Below are positions 26,126 through 39,952 of a stretch of 64,000 nucleotides of DNA, in pieces. Origin of the DNA: Piromyces finnis finn (lineage: Eukaryota; Fungi; Neocallimastigomycota). Numbering within the stretch: the stretch's first letter is position 1; the number at the start of each line of letters is the position of its first letter. Location of the stretch: NCBI GenBank assembly GCA_002104945.1, contig MCFH01000065.1, positions 124,001-188,000 on the forward strand, in the 5' to 3' direction. The translations under genes and the position numbers were made by a program. The notes below the pieces were generated by a model that saw nothing but the letters and a program-made list of their open reading frames with translations, made no database searches and was not told the DNA's origin.

Positions 26126-27052
26126 AGGAATTAAAAAAGGGAAAAAAAAAACCTTAATCCTATTCATCCTAATCATAAATCCATAAAGTATTAAGGATGA
26201 AATTGTGAAACCCCCCTTCCCCCATTTTTATGTTTTATTATTCATTGCTTTAAAGAATTTTTTTTTTTTTCGGTAATGGACCAAAAAAATAAAATAAAAT
26301 AAAATAAAATAAAAAAGCCAAGTTTCAGAAGTTAAAAAGTATTTTTAAATTTAGCGTTATTGAATATTTAAAATTATTATTTATAAATAATAATGAATAT
26401 AAGTAAAAAGAATAGGAATATGTTATAAAAAAGAAAAAAAGAATGATAAAAATATTATATACCATAATAAAATTATATCATAAATACGAAAATAATAAGA
26501 AAAATAAAAAAGCTTATTAAAAGTAAATCATTAGAACTTTTTTTTTTTTTTTTTTTCAACAAACTTTCTATATTTTTTTAATAGAATTATTAGATCAATT
26601 TATATTTTTCTATTTGAATAAAACGAAAAGCACAGTTTTTTTTTTTTTTCCATTAAAGTAAAAATGTAATTTGTAATTTTCTAGTATATTAGTTAACTTT
26701 ATACTCTTTGGGGAATTATATATTTAATTTTTTATCCTATTATTCAAATTTTTAAAAAAAAAAAAAAAAGTTAAAAGGAAAAAGGAATGAGCTCATTTTA
26801 AAAACACACCATTTTTCACAATTCATTTTATATTTAAATAAATATACTTTTTTTTTTTTTTAAACAAAAATTTCTATTATTTTTTATTATTATATTATAT
26901 TATTATTATTATTAATTTTAATCAACTGTTATATTATAAATAACATGAGCAGGGTTTTTTTTTTTTTTATCTTTTCCTTTTTGCAAATAAAAAAATTTTT
27001 AATAAAAAATAGTTCTATTTAAAAAAAGGAGAAATTATTATTATTATAGAAA

Positions 27053-27838
27053 TTAAAATTTAAGAAAAGCAAGAACTAAAAGTGCAGCATAGAGAGCAAC
27101 GGATGGAACCTTGTAATTGGAAAGAGAACCACTAGTAGTTTGTGAAACATTAGTGATTGGCTTTGAATTATTGGTTGAAGAAGCAGCTGGAGCAGCAGTA
27201 GTTGTAGAAGTACCAGCAGATGGATTGGCAGCTTCAGTAGCTGGTTCAGTAGCATTACCAGGCTTGGTAGCTTCACTAGTTTGAGTTGAAGCTGGTTTGG
27301 TTTCTGAAGCGTCCTTCTTAGTAGTAGTTTTTTGAGCATCACCAGATGGTTTTGCTGGACTAGAAGCAGCACCAGCAGAAATCTTAGCGTAAGCAAGAAG
27401 TTGTGAATTTCTATCCATTAAACGAAGAATACCACCATTACCAACATCCTTAATTAAAGAGGCATGACAGAATAAACTGGTATCTTTAATATTATAACTT
27501 AAATCAGTAGCAGTGGAAGTAACACCAACTTCTTGTTCAGAAAGAAGAATACCTTCATTTGAGTTTGGATCGCTAGCACCATACCATTTTGCACCATCAC
27601 TTTTTGGAGTAAGTTTGAAACCCTTTACAGTGAAGACACAATCATTTTCGATGACAACGGTACCAGCAACTTGATAATGAATACTAGAATCTTTATTATC
27701 ATTAACAGCAACTAATTGAATTGGACCAGAAAGTGAAGTGTCTGGAATTTTGTTTGGATCACATTGAGTACCGCAGTAGGAAGCTAAAGCAACACTAGCA
27801 ACAGTAGAAAGAGTAGTGAATAAAGTTGAGAATTTCAT
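27053..27838 (-). CDS. Secreted, probably GPI-anchored Ser/Thr/Ala-rich surface protein with a DM13-like N-terminal domain, 261 aa
   Basis: Signal peptide; VAGTVVIENDCVFTVKGFKLTPKSDGAKWYG resembles the DM13 pattern (tentative). S/T/A/P-rich stalk, then SGS followed by a hydrophobic tail. Relatively GC-rich with strong codon bias. Confidence 0.75.
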   Translation of the reverse strand: MKFSTLFTTLSTVASVALASYCGTQCDPNKIPDTSLSGPIQLVAVNDNKDSSIHYQVAGTVVIENDCVFTVKGFKLTPKSDGAKWYGASDPNSNEGILLSEQEVGVTSTATDLSYNIKDTSLFCHASLIKDVGNGGILRLMDRNSQLLAYAKISAGAASSPAKPSGDAQKTTTKKDASETKPASTQTSEATKPGNATEPATEAANPSAGTSTTTAAPAASSTNNSKPITNVSQTTSGSLSNYKVPSVALYAALLVLAFLKF

Positions 27839-30048
27839 TTTGTAATCTTTTTTTTTTTTTTGTTCAAAAATATTTTTATTATAAAATGTAATATAATTAT
27901 ATATATATATATATACAAAATATTATATAATACTATATTAGTATAATGTTTTTTTTTTTTTTTTTTTTTGGTTTGTTTGTTTAGTTAGTTGGTTGTTTGA
28001 ATACTTATTACAAATAAATAATAAAATATAATAATAATTAAAAAAAAAAAAATAAAAAGATTTTGCTGATATATATATATATTATTTTTTCATATTCATT
28101 TTACAGTGTTTTGAAATTTCTTTTTCTTTTTTTTTTGGAATTTATGTTTTTAAAATTTTAAAATTTCGAAAAAATATAATAATTATTTATTTATTAACTT
28201 TAGAATATATCTATAATATTATATTTATTTTAGCTCTTCTCATCTTAACCTTTATAATATATATTTTCAAAAATATCTTTTTTTAAACTTTCTTTTATTT
28301 TATTAATGAAAGGTACTGAATATATTCGAGTATTTGTTTTGTTTATTGCTGCGTTTATTTTAAACTCTTTATAAAAAATGACTCTATTCAAAATACATTA
28401 ATATTATTACCTTTTAAAAAAATTTTTTTTTTTTTTAATAGAAAAAAAAGGCTAATAATTATAAATAAAAAAAAATAGAAAATTATTAATACTTTGGATA
28501 ATACTTTAAAAATACTTTATATAACTAATTCTTTTTTTTACTTTTTACTTTTTTTTATTAAAGTATAAAATATACTGAAGAAATAAAAAAAAAAAAAACT
28601 TACAATTTTTCTTCTTTTATATCAATTTTTTTTTTAATACATTTTTTTTTTTTTTTTACTTTCCTTTTTCATTAATTAAAATAGTATGGATTACATGGAC
28701 GAATAAATTTCAATAATTAAAGATATTAATTAGTAATACACGACGCAACCCACCCTTGAAATATAAAAAGTTTTAATTATTCTAAAATGGTAATTAACGA
28801 ATGGCTCATTAAATATTTAATAATTTTAAAACATATTTCATTTATTTTTAGTAGGTCCACCACAAATTTAACTCTTTTAGTTAATTATAATTAACTCTTT
28901 TAATTCCATTTGGATAATTAATAATTTTAATGCATTTTGACAAAGTTTTCTTCATTATTATTTTAATAATAAATAATAAGGTTTTAAAAAATAATAATAA
29001 ACAACATCTTCAAAAAAAAAAAAAGTAGATTATCTGTCTCCAAGGTAATTTAGATAAATAATGATACCCATTCAATTACAATCATTTTACATTTTATTCA
29101 TGATTACTTTTATGTAAAAAAAAAAAAAGAATATATGATAAAAAGCCTATTTAAAAAAAAAAGCAATTTAATTGATAATAAATTGATTAAAACTTGATAA
29201 ATTGATTTTAATTAGATATTTTTCTTTTTTTTTAAAAAAAAAAAAAAAAGACATTTTTATTATTAGGGCTAGTATCATCATGCTAGCACTAAACGAATAT
29301 TTATTATTTTAGAAAAAAAATGGATGATACATTTACATTAAAATACATACATACAAATACGTAATGTATTTAAAAATATTTCTATATTTGGAATATAAAT
29401 AAAATTTTTATCTATCAATTTATATATTAAATCATATATTTAATATATAATACAAATATAATTATTATATTGTATAATATATTTTAAATGGATTGAAATA
29501 TAAATTTTTTTTTAATTTTTAATTACAATTACATTATTTGATTGTATACGAAATGGTTTAATAATGTAGATAAAACTAGAATATTAAAAGTTTATCATAA
29601 TAAACAATAATAATAATAAACGAGTATCTAAGATATCTTTAGAATTAATGAGCATCCTTTATCCTATTAGTAATATTTTGATCTATACAAAGATGTTATA
29701 CATAATATATATATATATATACATATTTTTTTTTTTTTGATGGGGTTTTTTTGTATTGGCACTTTTTTTTAAAAAATATTTTTATTTGAATACTTTTTAG
29801 TTTAAATATTAATATATTTTAATATATTATGAAATATATTGATTTAATTTATTTAATATATTATCAGAATTCAACAAAAAAAAGCAATTTTTTTTTTTTT
29901 TTATTCAATATTAATTAAAGAAAAAAAAAATCAAGAATTAAATTTTGAAATTCGAAATGTTAATTTAGAAAAATATTTATTAATATACAATAAATTAGTT
30001 TTAAGGTAATAATAATAGTAAAGAAGGAGAAGAAGAAAAAAAAGTAAA

Positions 30049-31269
30049 ATGGAGAAAAATAAAATAAATGCTATTAGAATTATTGCAGGATGTTCAATTC
30101 CAATTTTTTGGGCTGGTGTCATTTCATTTGGATATCCTGGTGTTATGAGCACCTATTGGCAGGAAAAATATCATGTTGGAACAACAGAAACAGGATTAGT
30201 AGTTACATTTATGTTATTATCCTTGGCCTTAACTATGTTTATTAGTGGTCGTATACATTCAAAATTTGGAATGCCTTTATGTATTTTTATTGGGATTTCC
30301 TTATACGTTATCGCTTTTACAATTCTATTCTTTGCAAAAAATATTTATTTACTTTATGGATGGGCGTTTATTGAGAATATTGGATGTAGTTTTATATATG
30401 GTCCTGGCTTAACCACCGTTCAGAAATCTTTTCCTAATAAAAAAGGATTAGTTAGTGGAATTATAAATTTGACATTTGGTATTTCAGCAGCTATTATGTC
30501 ACCTATATTAAATATAATGTTAGAAAGTAAAGGATACACCTTTGTTAATATTGTCGTCCTATCGTTAATCGTAGTATCAGACGTTATTTCCTATTTCTTA
30601 GTAAAATGTACCATGTCTTCTTCTTCTGAAAACCAAAATAAGACAACCGATTCTAATGATATGACAGTAAGTCAAGCCTTAAAATCAAAAGAATTTTGGT
30701 TAATATGGTTTGTTTGGGCATTTATGGGGGCTTCCGGAATTTCCATGATTTCACTATCAAAAAGTTATTCTATTGAAATAGGTAGAAAAGGTGTCCTCTT
30801 ATTAACCGTTTTTAATTTAGCTAATGGTATATGTAGAATATTTATTGGCCTTTTAACAGATATCATTGGTGCAAGAATAACTGGAGTAATGGGCTATAGT
30901 TTCACCGCAATAGGTTATTTATGTTTACCTCATATTTCAAATATATTATTAACTTGTCTCTGTATTATTGGTATTGGTATTGGATTTGGTACTATTTTTA
31001 CTGTCACAGGACCACTTGCTTCTGATATTTTTGGTATAAAACATTTCGGTGTAATATATGGTTTAATTTTTACTGCTTATGGAATAATAGGTGGTGTTAT
31101 TGGTCCACCTGTTTCTGGTATGATTTTAGAAAAAACAAACAATAATTATACAATAGTATTTACCTATCTTGGAATTATGGCTGTCATAGGCACAATTTTA
31201 ACATTGTTTATAAAAGAAAAAGAAAAAAAAAGGAAAAGTATTTTACCAACAACAACAAATAATTCATAA
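30049..31269 (+). CDS. Major facilitator superfamily transporter, oxalate:formate antiporter (OFA)-like, 406 aa
   Basis: Intronless with about 12 hydrophobic segments. Motifs GRIHSKFG (motif A), FPNKKGLVSGII..FGISAA, FWLIWF, NGICRIFIGLLTDIIG, FGIKHFGVIYGLIFTAYG, typical of OFA-family MFS. Confidence 0.85.
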   Translation: MEKNKINAIRIIAGCSIPIFWAGVISFGYPGVMSTYWQEKYHVGTTETGLVVTFMLLSLALTMFISGRIHSKFGMPLCIFIGISLYVIAFTILFFAKNIYLLYGWAFIENIGCSFIYGPGLTTVQKSFPNKKGLVSGIINLTFGISAAIMSPILNIMLESKGYTFVNIVVLSLIVVSDVISYFLVKCTMSSSSENQNKTTDSNDMTVSQALKSKEFWLIWFVWAFMGASGISMISLSKSYSIEIGRKGVLLLTVFNLANGICRIFIGLLTDIIGARITGVMGYSFTAIGYLCLPHISNILLTCLCIIGIGIGFGTIFTVTGPLASDIFGIKHFGVIYGLIFTAYGIIGGVIGPPVSGMILEKTNNNYTIVFTYLGIMAVIGTILTLFIKEKEKKRKSILPTTTNNS

Positions 31270-31475
31270 AATATATATATAATTTTTTTTTCTTTATTAT
31301 TATTTTTTAATAGATTTTTATACAGTAATATTTAATATAACAAACACTTTAATGCTTTTATTTTATACATTAATTTAAAATAAAATATTCATATAATTTA
31401 TCATATTTATTTTTCAATCATTCTATTAAAGTACTTCAACCAAATTTAACCATTGACCATTCATGCATTACCATA

Positions 31476-31636
<161 letters not shown>

Positions 31637-31823
31637 AAAAAAAAAAAAAAAAAGAAAGAATAAAATAATTCTTTATTATTTTAAAAAGGCAAGCATAAAT
31701 AACTTTCAATAAAAAAAAATAAATATTTGGTAAAAAAAAAAAAAAAAAAAAATAAATAAATAAATAGAATACAATTATTTAACAATCATAATAATTAAAA
31801 AAAAAGTCATTTTTTTTTTATTA

Positions 31824-34337
31824 TTATTTAATAAGATGAATATGACAAATATCAAATAGTTTAATATAATTATTATCTGCTAGGGAATACTTCAATTTAC
31901 CAAAGAATATTAGGTTTATAACGGATATTACTATGTTTTCTGATTTAAAAACTGGTTTTACTTTTACATTTTTTGCCAATTTATTTTCTTTTATCAATAT
32001 AGAAAGTAATAAACTATCCATAATAATTTCTTGTAAATCCGGAGTTTTCCATATATTATCGGGTAAGGATTGTAATTTATTTTGATGTATATCTAATTTT
32101 CTTAATTTACTAAAATGAAAAGTAAATAAGGGTAATTCGGTTAATTGATTATCACTTATATCTATTTCTTCTAAGCCTTTAATATTTACTATATCATATG
32201 GCATTGCTGTTAATTTCATTTTCATCAAATTTATTCTACTACTATAAAAACTATTAATATATTGCATAATGGATAAGGATTCGTCAACTTCCAATCCCAT
32301 TAAACATGTTAAATTCCCAATTTCTTTTGGTAATTTCGTTAATTGATTAGACATAAGATTTAAATGGGTCAATCTCGTCAGATTTCCTATTTCTTTCGGT
32401 AAATTAATTAATTTATTATTTTCAATATTTAAAAATGTTAATTGAGTTAAATTTCCTATTTCTTTTGGTAATTCGGTTAATTCATTGTTTTCAATATTTA
32501 AATTGGTGAGTTTGGTTAAATTTCCTATTTCGTTTGTTATCTTGATTAATTTATTATTATTAAGTTTTAGATATTCTAAATTACTTAACCTTCCTACTTC
32601 TTTAGGTAACTCTATCATTTGATTGTTATCAAGGTATAAATGGGTTAAATGGATCAAGTTTTCAAATTCTTTTGGTAAATCTATTATTTGATTATTATTA
32701 AGGTATAAATGGGTTAAATGGATCAAGTTTCCGATTTCTTTTGGTAAGTTAGTAATTTTATTATTTTCAAGATGTAATTCGGTTAAATGGGTTAAATTTC
32801 CTATTTCTTTTGGTAGTTCAATAAATTCATTGTTTTCAAGATGTAATTCGGTTAAATGGGTTAAATTTCCTATTTCTTTTGGTAATTTAGCAAATTTATT
32901 ATACCTTAGTTCTAAACATTTTAAATGGGTTAACTCTCCTATTTCCTTTGGTAATTCTTCAAAATTATTATTATAAAGTTTTAAATCATTTAAATTGACT
33001 AAGTTTCCTATTTCTTTTGGTAGTTCTTTAATTTGATTATTATCAAGTCGTAATTCAATTAATTTGGTAAGCCACTGTATATCCTTTGGTAATTCGGTTA
33101 ATTCATTACTACAAATACTTAATTTATCCAAATGACATATATTTTTTATTTCTTTTGGAAACGCTTTAAATTTATTTAAATCAAGACATAAATAATTTAA
33201 ATGAGCTAAATTTTCGATTTCTTTTGGTAATTCGGTTAATTTATTACTTTTTAAATTTAAACTAGCTAAATTGTCTAAATTTTCTATTTCTTTTGGTAGA
33301 CAAGTTAATTCATTACCTTCAATGGATAAACATACTAAATTGGTAAGGTCAAATAATTCATTTGGAAATTCAGTAAGTTGATTATAATCAAGATATAACT
33401 TTTTTAAATTGGTTAAATTCCCTATTTCTTTTGGAAATTTGGTTAAATGATTATTTTCGAGATGTAAATAATTTAAATTGGTTAGATTTCCTATTTCTTT
33501 TGGTAATTCGTCTAACTCGTTATATTCAAGAAATAAATGCTCCAGGTTTGTTAAGTCACCTATTTCCTTTGGTAGTTTTGTTATTCGATTTTGTTTAAGA
33601 CTTAATATAGTTAAATTAGTTAAATTTACTATTTCTTTGGGTAATTCTATTGATTCATTACCATCAAGGTATAAACCTTTTAAATTAAACAAATTCCCAA
33701 TCTCCTTTGGTAATTCAATTAACCCATTATATTCAATAAATAAATTCTCTAAATTTGTAAAGTTTCCTATTTCTACTGGTAATTTTTTTATTCGATTTTG
33801 TTTAAGATTTAAAGTGGTTAAACACGTTATATTTCCAATCTCTTTTGGTATTTCAGTTATATCATTACTTTCAAAATTTAAGTCGATTATGTTTGTTAAA
33901 TTTCCTATTTCTTTTGGTAATTCAATTAATTTATTATATTTAAGACTTAGGTTAGTTAACATGTTCAAATTTCCTATTTCTTTGGGTAGTATAGTAATTT
34001 GATTATTTTCAAGATTTAGGTTTGTTAACTTGTTTAAATAGAATATTTCTTTTGGCAACTCTGTAATACTTAATTGTTTCAATTCTAATACCACTGAATT
34101 TTTAGCTTTTCCTAACAAAATAGAAAGCTTTTTTTTTATATCAACAACTCTGTATTCCTCATATTCTTCATCTTTAATTATTAATTTTTTTAAATTTATA
34201 AAATGAAGTTCTTCTACCGGAATTTCTTTTAATTCATCTATTGTAACACTTATTGTTTCTGTATCATATTTATCAGTAACTTTTCCTTCTGAAATCTTAA
34301 GGCAGGATGAATTACAACAGCTGTTATCCTTTTCCAT
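31824..34337 (-). CDS. Intronless leucine-rich-repeat protein, 837 aa, with 26 consecutive 23-aa LRRs plus about 3 degenerate ones
   Basis: Intact ORF with repeat consensus LxLxxNxLxELPKEIGNLTNLxx. No signal peptide or effector domain recognised. Confidence 0.92.
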   Translation of the reverse strand: MEKDNSCCNSSCLKISEGKVTDKYDTETISVTIDELKEIPVEELHFINLKKLIIKDEEYEEYRVVDIKKKLSILLGKAKNSVVLELKQLSITELPKEIFYLNKLTNLNLENNQITILPKEIGNLNMLTNLSLKYNKLIELPKEIGNLTNIIDLNFESNDITEIPKEIGNITCLTTLNLKQNRIKKLPVEIGNFTNLENLFIEYNGLIELPKEIGNLFNLKGLYLDGNESIELPKEIVNLTNLTILSLKQNRITKLPKEIGDLTNLEHLFLEYNELDELPKEIGNLTNLNYLHLENNHLTKFPKEIGNLTNLKKLYLDYNQLTEFPNELFDLTNLVCLSIEGNELTCLPKEIENLDNLASLNLKSNKLTELPKEIENLAHLNYLCLDLNKFKAFPKEIKNICHLDKLSICSNELTELPKDIQWLTKLIELRLDNNQIKELPKEIGNLVNLNDLKLYNNNFEELPKEIGELTHLKCLELRYNKFAKLPKEIGNLTHLTELHLENNEFIELPKEIGNLTHLTELHLENNKITNLPKEIGNLIHLTHLYLNNNQIIDLPKEFENLIHLTHLYLDNNQMIELPKEVGRLSNLEYLKLNNNKLIKITNEIGNLTKLTNLNIENNELTELPKEIGNLTQLTFLNIENNKLINLPKEIGNLTRLTHLNLMSNQLTKLPKEIGNLTCLMGLEVDESLSIMQYINSFYSSRINLMKMKLTAMPYDIVNIKGLEEIDISDNQLTELPLFTFHFSKLRKLDIHQNKLQSLPDNIWKTPDLQEIIMDSLLLSILIKENKLAKNVKVKPVFKSENIVISVINLIFFGKLKYSLADNNYIKLFDICHIHLIK

Positions 34338-35838
34338 TATTCTAGTTACATAGCCTTTCTTTTTATTATTAATACTTTATTTTTTATGTTCTTTTACACT
34401 AATAATATCCTCAAGGTTTTTATTATAATATTTTTTTTTTGAAAAGGTAAAAAAAACATTTACTTTTTTTGTTGTTGTTGTTATTGTTATATCATTATTA
34501 TTAGAGTTTATGGTTTTCCTTTTTAATTAATTTAATTTAATATTGCATAAGCGTCAATAAAAATGAAATGTTTCTATTATACAAACAAAAAATAAATTAA
34601 ATATAAATTAAAAGATTAAAATTTCATTGTTTAAAAAATCCCATAATTAATTTATTATTTGTATTAAGGGTTTATTTATAAGCCACAAATTAGATACATT
34701 TTGCTAGTTTTATAGAGAATTATGTATACATATCTTAAATAAAAACTTTAATATTTACATAAAATTTACAAGCTTTAACACACACCACACCTAGATAATA
34801 AAACAACTATATTATATTGTATAAAAAAAAAAGTAGTTAGTATGCCGTATAAATAATTATCTTTTAGCAATAATTAAATATTAACAATTTATATCTAATT
34901 CCCTTTTATAAGATCTTTAAATTTTATAAAGTTTTATTTGACATTTTGACATTATAATTAATACCACAAATGAAATTCTTATTTTTAAATAAATTAGCCA
35001 TAAATGAATATAAATTTGTTTAAAAGGGAATCAAGTAATATTTATGTATTTACCTTGTTTTTTGATATTACCTTTTTTTTTTTTAATTTTATAATTTTTT
35101 TTTTTAAATTAGAATATGAATTTTTAAAGAAATGAATTTAAAACTTTTTAAAATAATAAAGTTTCTTTTCATTTTTTGGTATTTAAAAATGGTGAAAACT
35201 TTTTTTTTTTTTTGAAATATTTATGAAAATTTTAAAATAGTTTCAATTTTTTTAAAGCGCTATATAAATGAAATCTACTTTATTAAATTGCATCGCACGG
35301 CCTTCAAATATACATGTATATATTTAAAAAAAATTAAAGAAATATTGATTAACATAATTAATAATAATATTTTATAATTATTTTTTCTATATTATTATTT
35401 TTTTAGATGCTTTATACCAGCCTTGTTGGAAAACTCAGGAAAAAAACATACATTTTTTTTTTGTACTATTGAGAATTTTAATAACTAATTGTTTAATGAA
35501 TTTAAGTTTTATTTGAGTGCTGAAATTACAGATGATAATTATAAACCTAATAATAAAATATATAAAGATAAATAATAAAATAAAACAAAGTCTTTAAGCA
35601 ATTATTATTTTACTAGTATTGAACAATAAATTTATTTTACAGATATATATATAATTAAAATCTTAAAGTTAACATAGCTACTTTTTTTTTTATTTATCTT
35701 ATTTTTTATTAAAATTTAAATATAGATAAAACAAACACATATTTTAAAACCTTTTTATCCTTTGATTAATATGTAATTTTATTTATTAATAATTTAATTC
35801 AAATGCGCTATATTAAAAAATAAAATAAAATAGTAATG

Positions 35839-37383
35839 TAATATTAAAAGTTAAAAACACAAAATAATGATAATAAAATGTAAATATTCTTTTTAATAAG
35901 ATTTATTTTTTTTTATTTAAAAACTTTAATGATATAATCAGTTTATATATAAAGTTATTATTTACAGGTAATATTTTATATTATACATATTGAAACATTA
36001 TTTTTTTTTTTTTACTTTAATAATTTGTGTTTTTTGTTTCTTAGACTTAATTTCTTAATCTTTTTTTAATATGCATTTGTAATAAATTTAAAAATAAAAA
36101 TAAAATAAAATTAGTATTTTATTTAATTCACAGTATATAAAAATTTTATAAGAGTATTGTTTTTTTAATTACCTCTATCTATTAAATACCATAATATAAT
36201 AATTTTATAATGATTTTAAAAATAATAATGATATTATATATATATATATAAGAAGTCAATAAAAGTATTTAGTCAATAATAATAAATTAATATAATAGTT
36301 TATATACAAACCTGAAAAGATTTATTTTTATTTTCTTGACTGTCATCTGGTTGCTTTCTTTTATTTCCATTTTCAGATGGCATCAAATTAACCTTAATTT
36401 CATCAGATATGTATGAAATTATAATGGATGTTATTATTTGTGGCTCTTCATCTTCATCTTTATCTTTACCTTTTTCTTTATCTTTACCTTCGTCTTTATC
36501 TTTACCTCCATATTCATATTCATCCTTATCTTCATATTCATATCCATATTCATGTTTGTTTGAATTCTTTTGTTTTCTTTTAATATTTTTTTCTTCATAG
36601 TCTTCTAAATTTTCTTTTTCTTTTTCTTTTTCCTTTTCATAAGCTTCTAAATCGATAATATTATCATTAGTAGTATTAATAGTATTAGTAGTATTAGTAG
36701 TATTAGTAGTGGAAAAAGTAGAGGCAACTGAAGTAGTATCATTTAATTTCTTGTAAGTGTTATCCGATAAAAATAAAAAATGATAAAAAATGATAATAAT
36801 AATAAATAAATAAATAATTTTAAATATTTTTTAAATTATTTTAAAAAGTACTAATTATTACTATTTACTTTGAAAAAGTTAGGAACTTCAGGCATTAAGA
36901 ATCTACTATATGGATTATCACTTGAAGAGTCTTTACCCATTTTTATTTACACTCTATAATTCCTTTTAATAAAAGTTGATAGGAATACCATTAATGAAAA
37001 AAATATATTTTTATCAAGTAATAATAATATTATTTTACTTACAATTAATATTTAAAAAAACTATTTGATACTATTTATTTATTATTTTTAAATTCAACAA
37101 CTAATGAAAAAAAAAAAAAAAGTTATATTTCTCTCTATATATATATTTTTTGTATTTTTGTTTTCTTATTCTACATAAAAAAATAAAATTATTAAAAATA
37201 AATTAATTTTTTAATTTATACCTCTTTTTAGTATATGAATATGAATATAAATTTTATTTCTTATGAATTTTAAAAATTATTAAATAGATATATTTATTTA
37301 TTTATTTTTATATTTACTACCTTACTTTATTATTAGTATTTACTATTGTTTTATTATTTAGTATTTAAATAAATTATATATAT

Positions 37384-37438
<55 letters not shown>

Positions 37439-39952
37439 TGTTTATTGTATGTAAATATAAAAAAAATAATTTAAATTTTATATTTTACTTTTGTTATTAC
37501 TGTTATTAATGTTATTTTTTATTGATAATAATATATAATGTAAATAAATATTCATTTTTTAGTTTATACCATGTATTACCTGTATTACCTATCAAGCTCT
37601 CTCGGTAAATATTTTAAATATTGTCATTTTCATTTTTATTACATGGTCAATATATCAAGCATTGTCTTTTTTTATTCTTTGTTACAAAATAAATAGCTGA
37701 AAAGGAAATGTTTTTGTTTAATATAGAATGTCACTTGATATCGTTTGATTTACTATAGAGTAATTATAAAAAAATAAAAAGCAATATTATATTATAAACA
37801 TACTCTAATATATTTATGTTTATTAGGCTTTATTAGACTTCCGACTTTTGACTTGTTATTGTGGACTAATTCCATGCAGTGTGTTTTGGACTTTAGAGCA
37901 ATAAATCAATGTGAAACCAATCATTTAGCATAATAATATGAATCAAATAAGACTATAAAACAATTATTTCTTATTTAGATTTAGTTGGACTATATTGTAT
38001 TAGTATATTAAAATACTCAATTTTATTCATTTTTATGTATCCTTTACCATCAGTGCATCATCTATGATACAAAGAGATTAATCTAAAATAAAGATAAAAT
38101 TATGCCAAAACTATTTCGAATCTCTAAATTAAATAAATTAATTTTAATTTAAATAAATTAATTTTAATTAAAATAATAAATTAAATCAAACATGATAATA
38201 AATATACAATTTTTATTTTCTTAAAAAAATAAATATTATGAGAAAAGGAAAATTGATTATATAAAAAAAGATTTGAATAATTAAAAATTGGCTTTAATTA
38301 TATAAAAATTCAAAAAAGAAAAATTATCTTTAATTTTTAATATTTTACCAACATTTAACATTTGGTAATAAAATTCAATGATGATAACCTATCTTTTTTA
38401 TTATAATATAAATAGAAAGAAAAAAAACACCAAATAAATTATTAAATAATAAACCTATTTGAATTTTTATTTATTTTTTTGTTTTTGCTTTTGTTTTTTT
38501 TTTTTTTTTAAATTTTCTTTTATTTATTGTACGTATTTTAATAGAATGTAAATAGAATGTAATATAATAAATTCTGAATAGCTATCTTAATTTAATTATT
38601 GTTTTTTCCTAAAAAGTAAAAGATAATCTGACTATATTTGGAAATTAATTTATTTAGAATAAATGAGTAAAACGCTATTAACAATATGATTGGTATAAAA
38701 TAATTAATAACTTTATTTATAATAAAATTTTATTATTTTGTATATTAAATTAATATTATTTTTTATTTAGAAAACTTTAAATATTATAAATAAATTAATT
38801 TAATTTTATTTTAATATATGAGCAACCCTAAAAAAAAAGGTTTTCTTTTGGTATAATCGATTTCCATCAAAAAAATAAAAATTAAAAAAAGGTTTGAATT
38901 TTTTATTAATAAATAGGTTTTTTTTTATAAAATAATAATAAAAACTAGTTTTTTGTCATTTAAATAAATAGATATATAAATAATAAGAGAATGAATATAA
39001 GAATTCAGATAAATATTATTTAAAATATTTTTTAAAACCAGTTCATTATTTTACGAAATAAACAAAAAACATTTAAATAAAATTATTTTGTTATTTTATT
39101 TATGCTTATAATTTGTAATATTTGTAATAAAAAATTTTATTAAATGTTAAATATATTATATTTATATATTGTTATTTAATTTCTAATTTATTTTAATATA
39201 ATATTAATATTATTTATTATATTTGTAATATAAACATATTATATATTATTGTATAAATTAATATAAATTTTAATATAATGTATAAATGGATCATTCAACT
39301 ATAACTTTTTATATTTTATTTAATTGAACTAAAAATTAGTTTTAAAAACATTTTAATCATCAATTAAATAAACAAAGAAAGTTATATACTTTTTTTAAAG
39401 CTCTATTTCTAAATAATAATGATTTAAGATTTTATAGGCATTTTATAGGTATGGTTGTGTTAATGTGTAGTTCGATTAAAGAATTTATTTTTTTATTTTT
39501 ATAATTAATAAAAAAAAGTATAAAAATATTTTGAAATTTGTACTATAATGAAAATAGTAGTAGAATTGTTCTTAACTCTTTAATTATAGTCTTATCGATT
39601 ATATTTATTAATTACTTTTTACTTATGCATTAGTAAATATTTTCTATTATATTAGATAATATAAATTAATATATAAATTTACATATATTATTTTATTCTT
39701 TAATTAATTCATTATATATTTTTATTATTAAAATAGATTTTTTGGCATATTTAATATAGTTAAAGAAAAAAGACTATTATGGAAAATATATTTTATCTAT
39801 TTTACTATATTGTCTTTTTTTTTTTTTTTGTATAATAAAATAAATGCTTTTTTTAAAAATAAAAAGTGTATTTAATAATAGTTTTATTTATTTTAAATAA
39901 TAGAAAATCACATAATTTAACAAAGAAATATATAAAAAAAATAATAAATATT
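35839..39952. repeat. Left arm (~4.1 kb) of a long inverted repeat
   Basis: Reverse complement of 46701..50766 along its length. Spot checks: 35839-35900 vs 50701-50766, 36312-36940 vs 49704-50293, 37850-37930 vs 48715-48800, 39700-39952 vs 46701-46950. Differences are scattered substitutions and microsatellite-length changes. Confidence 0.93.
36312..36940 (-). CDS. Putative spliced gene for a charged low-complexity protein in the left IR arm, exons 36940..36869 and 36749..36312 (may continue further)
   Basis: ATG, a 72-nt exon (MGKDSSSDNPYSRFLMPEVPNFFK), GT..AG intron, then a 438-nt stop-free exon ending CAG|GT. The frame is also kept in the right-arm copy. Confidence 0.45.

Noticed and set aside
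33478-34002. 174-aa antisense ORF, and likewise 27076..27396, 4595..4849, 60990..61295 and the MLG.IRTMSSAKRPP ORFs in the LINEs
   Set aside because: Shadow or alternate-frame ORFs of real coding sequence, with no independent coding signal.
37540-38130. GC-richer patch inside the IR arms as a transposase
   Set aside because: No sustained frame or DDE/zinc-finger motif on either strand by eye; needs a frameshift-aware search.
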